A stretch of DNA of 61,046 bases. Source: a virus (Duplodnaviria > Caudoviricetes). Shown here one piece after another: positions 60,901 through 61,046 of the stretch. A model generated the notes under the pieces. That model was not told the origin of the DNA. It ran no database searches and was given only the letters and a program-made list of their open reading frames with translations. Numbering within the stretch: the stretch's first letter is position 1; each line of letters begins with the position of its first letter. The translations under genes were made by a program, and so were the position numbers. Location: positions 1-61,046 of the IMG/VR virus record IMGVR_UViG_3300025513_000519. One strand, 5' to 3'.

Positions 60901-61046
60901 ACAATTGATTTACGTTTACACTTCCTAGTCCTGAAAGACTTGATATTTGATTAGTTGTGCTTGAAAAATTGTTAGCAGCAGAGCCTATACTTTGAAATCC
61001 GTTGGTTATTTCTCTGGCATTGATATTAACAGAACCAATTTGGCTT
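57983..61046 (-). CDS. Baseplate hub/tail protein (5' end beyond the window)
   Basis: Frame stays open from the track's TTG at 60904 to the right edge (SQIGSVNINAREITNGF...); NPLRNHNSFNY, KEYNYIYTGVNEDVLDF, IIGDPFF motifs; sits upstream of the gp5-like gene. Confidence 0.7.
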   Translation of the reverse strand, partial: SQIGSVNINAREITNGFQSIGSAANNFSSTTNQISSLSGLGSVNVNQLLSSGLGSAVGQLGQIGQIGSVVSNFTNTISGITGAVTSLTSGTTFGQLSSLIGNFDLEQFSTNIINVIPRSLSELAFAVGGDFDTLRQEIEEIGDTSNLEDFVDDTFSALRNSIRGVGVAADKSASRSKIPNPLRNHNSFNYILTLGVLSASEYNRPELYRSNGFNKYIIRSGGGQYSNRYQVLDEAAGNSFTAFGVPIRDHAEYFIDDLEIDAVIVPNSNTGLAMGTTIRFKVTEPYSMGNFVQAIIGSATEQGYDNVIGVPFCLRIDFAGWNEDGETDANFVTAPIFIPINIINMEFNVSGQGSVYDVEAVAYSETGLGDSVNKSMTTINAVGRTVHEVLNGEVNSVSAALNDRIANLEDNDVLSTGDRYIIAFPQKLTDYAEVIAGTYTSPDSLTTPAEQVAISQGLASAPEGEFDPVVVPPSSQLFELLNNFANDTSRMNAIGKSLIDEDSGSSGDAPMGDGSQVRDQKTDTNNSADITLSPNEKSRVHQFHQNDTIVNIITGVLLSSEYAAENATADSDANGTRKWFKIQTQVYIDETETSIDERGRPARIYVYNVITYSLDEAKHCGPNEIPKNTQGLKDSAAKEYNYIYTGVNEDVLDFDINFNLAYITTALSNFAQNPGGAGTFGNKSVITGNDSAQGTSLLPAPRQSESSETNTTIEEVTEFGQNPNSLSRSDNVQLRVAQMFQNTLLNQWSDLITAEMRIIGDPFFLPQQTGNYIGQSAAGSPNLTTDGTMNYMQNEVFVVVNFKTPFDYQIEGATMEFPQVVSQFSGLFSCWAVTNNFSKGRFEQTIKLIRRRGQDAESTTENTGILAIDNSASIVEGFASTDDAALRQQRAQNIATGATFNSDGTVAGSGQAARPGSRLPPVVRAGGVTFDPRTGVFPGQSADSASNTEIFDLDQFRNDEVNNVLNSIGRSGINSQPPIPLRTGSAAPRPTRPGQNTSGQSAIDQSRAQKIDSQQGNSSV

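Noticed and set aside
1-61046. Stop-codon reassignment as seen in some large phages
   Set aside because: The standard code gives near-complete coding density, including a 15.8-kb ORF. TAA, TAG and TGA all end genes, and the broken genes are explained by deletions rather than internal stops.
53386-61046. Bacterial T6SS/eCIS/tailocin locus instead of a phage
   Set aside because: T4-type gp5/gp25/gp6 order, multiple fibres, TATAAATA-type late promoters and the absence of host housekeeping genes favour a large lytic phage.

Overview
This window is a fragment of a large T4-like/jumbo myovirus-type phage genome. It is almost entirely minus-strand, uses the standard genetic code, and genes are tightly coupled. 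Read in transcription order (right to left), ~61.0-26.0 kb is a baseplate/tail module. It holds a hub-like protein (partial), a lysozyme-like protein, a gp5-like spike with a C-terminal M15 peptidase, gp25- and gp6-like wedge proteins, a 5262-aa giant structural protein, three paralogous tail-fibre-like proteins and two further paralogues. Directly downstream (~25.9 kb to the left edge) is a dense enzyme island. It has 14 radical SAM genes (12 complete, 1 cut by the window edge, 1 truncated) in three subfamilies, eight with an N-terminal instead of C-terminal SPASM/twitch-like Cys cluster. They are interleaved with six GT-A-type glycosyltransferase-like genes, a QueC-like PP-loop ATPase, an SDR, a methyltransferase and an SGNH-like protein. 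The island is fed by two identical sigma70-type promoters (TTGACT-N17-TATACT) and by the same ATAAATA late-promoter motif that precedes the structural genes. It shows signs of ongoing remodelling: two diverged homologous cassettes joined at a gene-breaking junction, two apparent in-frame deletions/fusions and a 117-bp tandem duplication. I saw no rRNA, tRNA, CRISPR array or IS element. All family calls come from motif recognition by eye, not from database searches.
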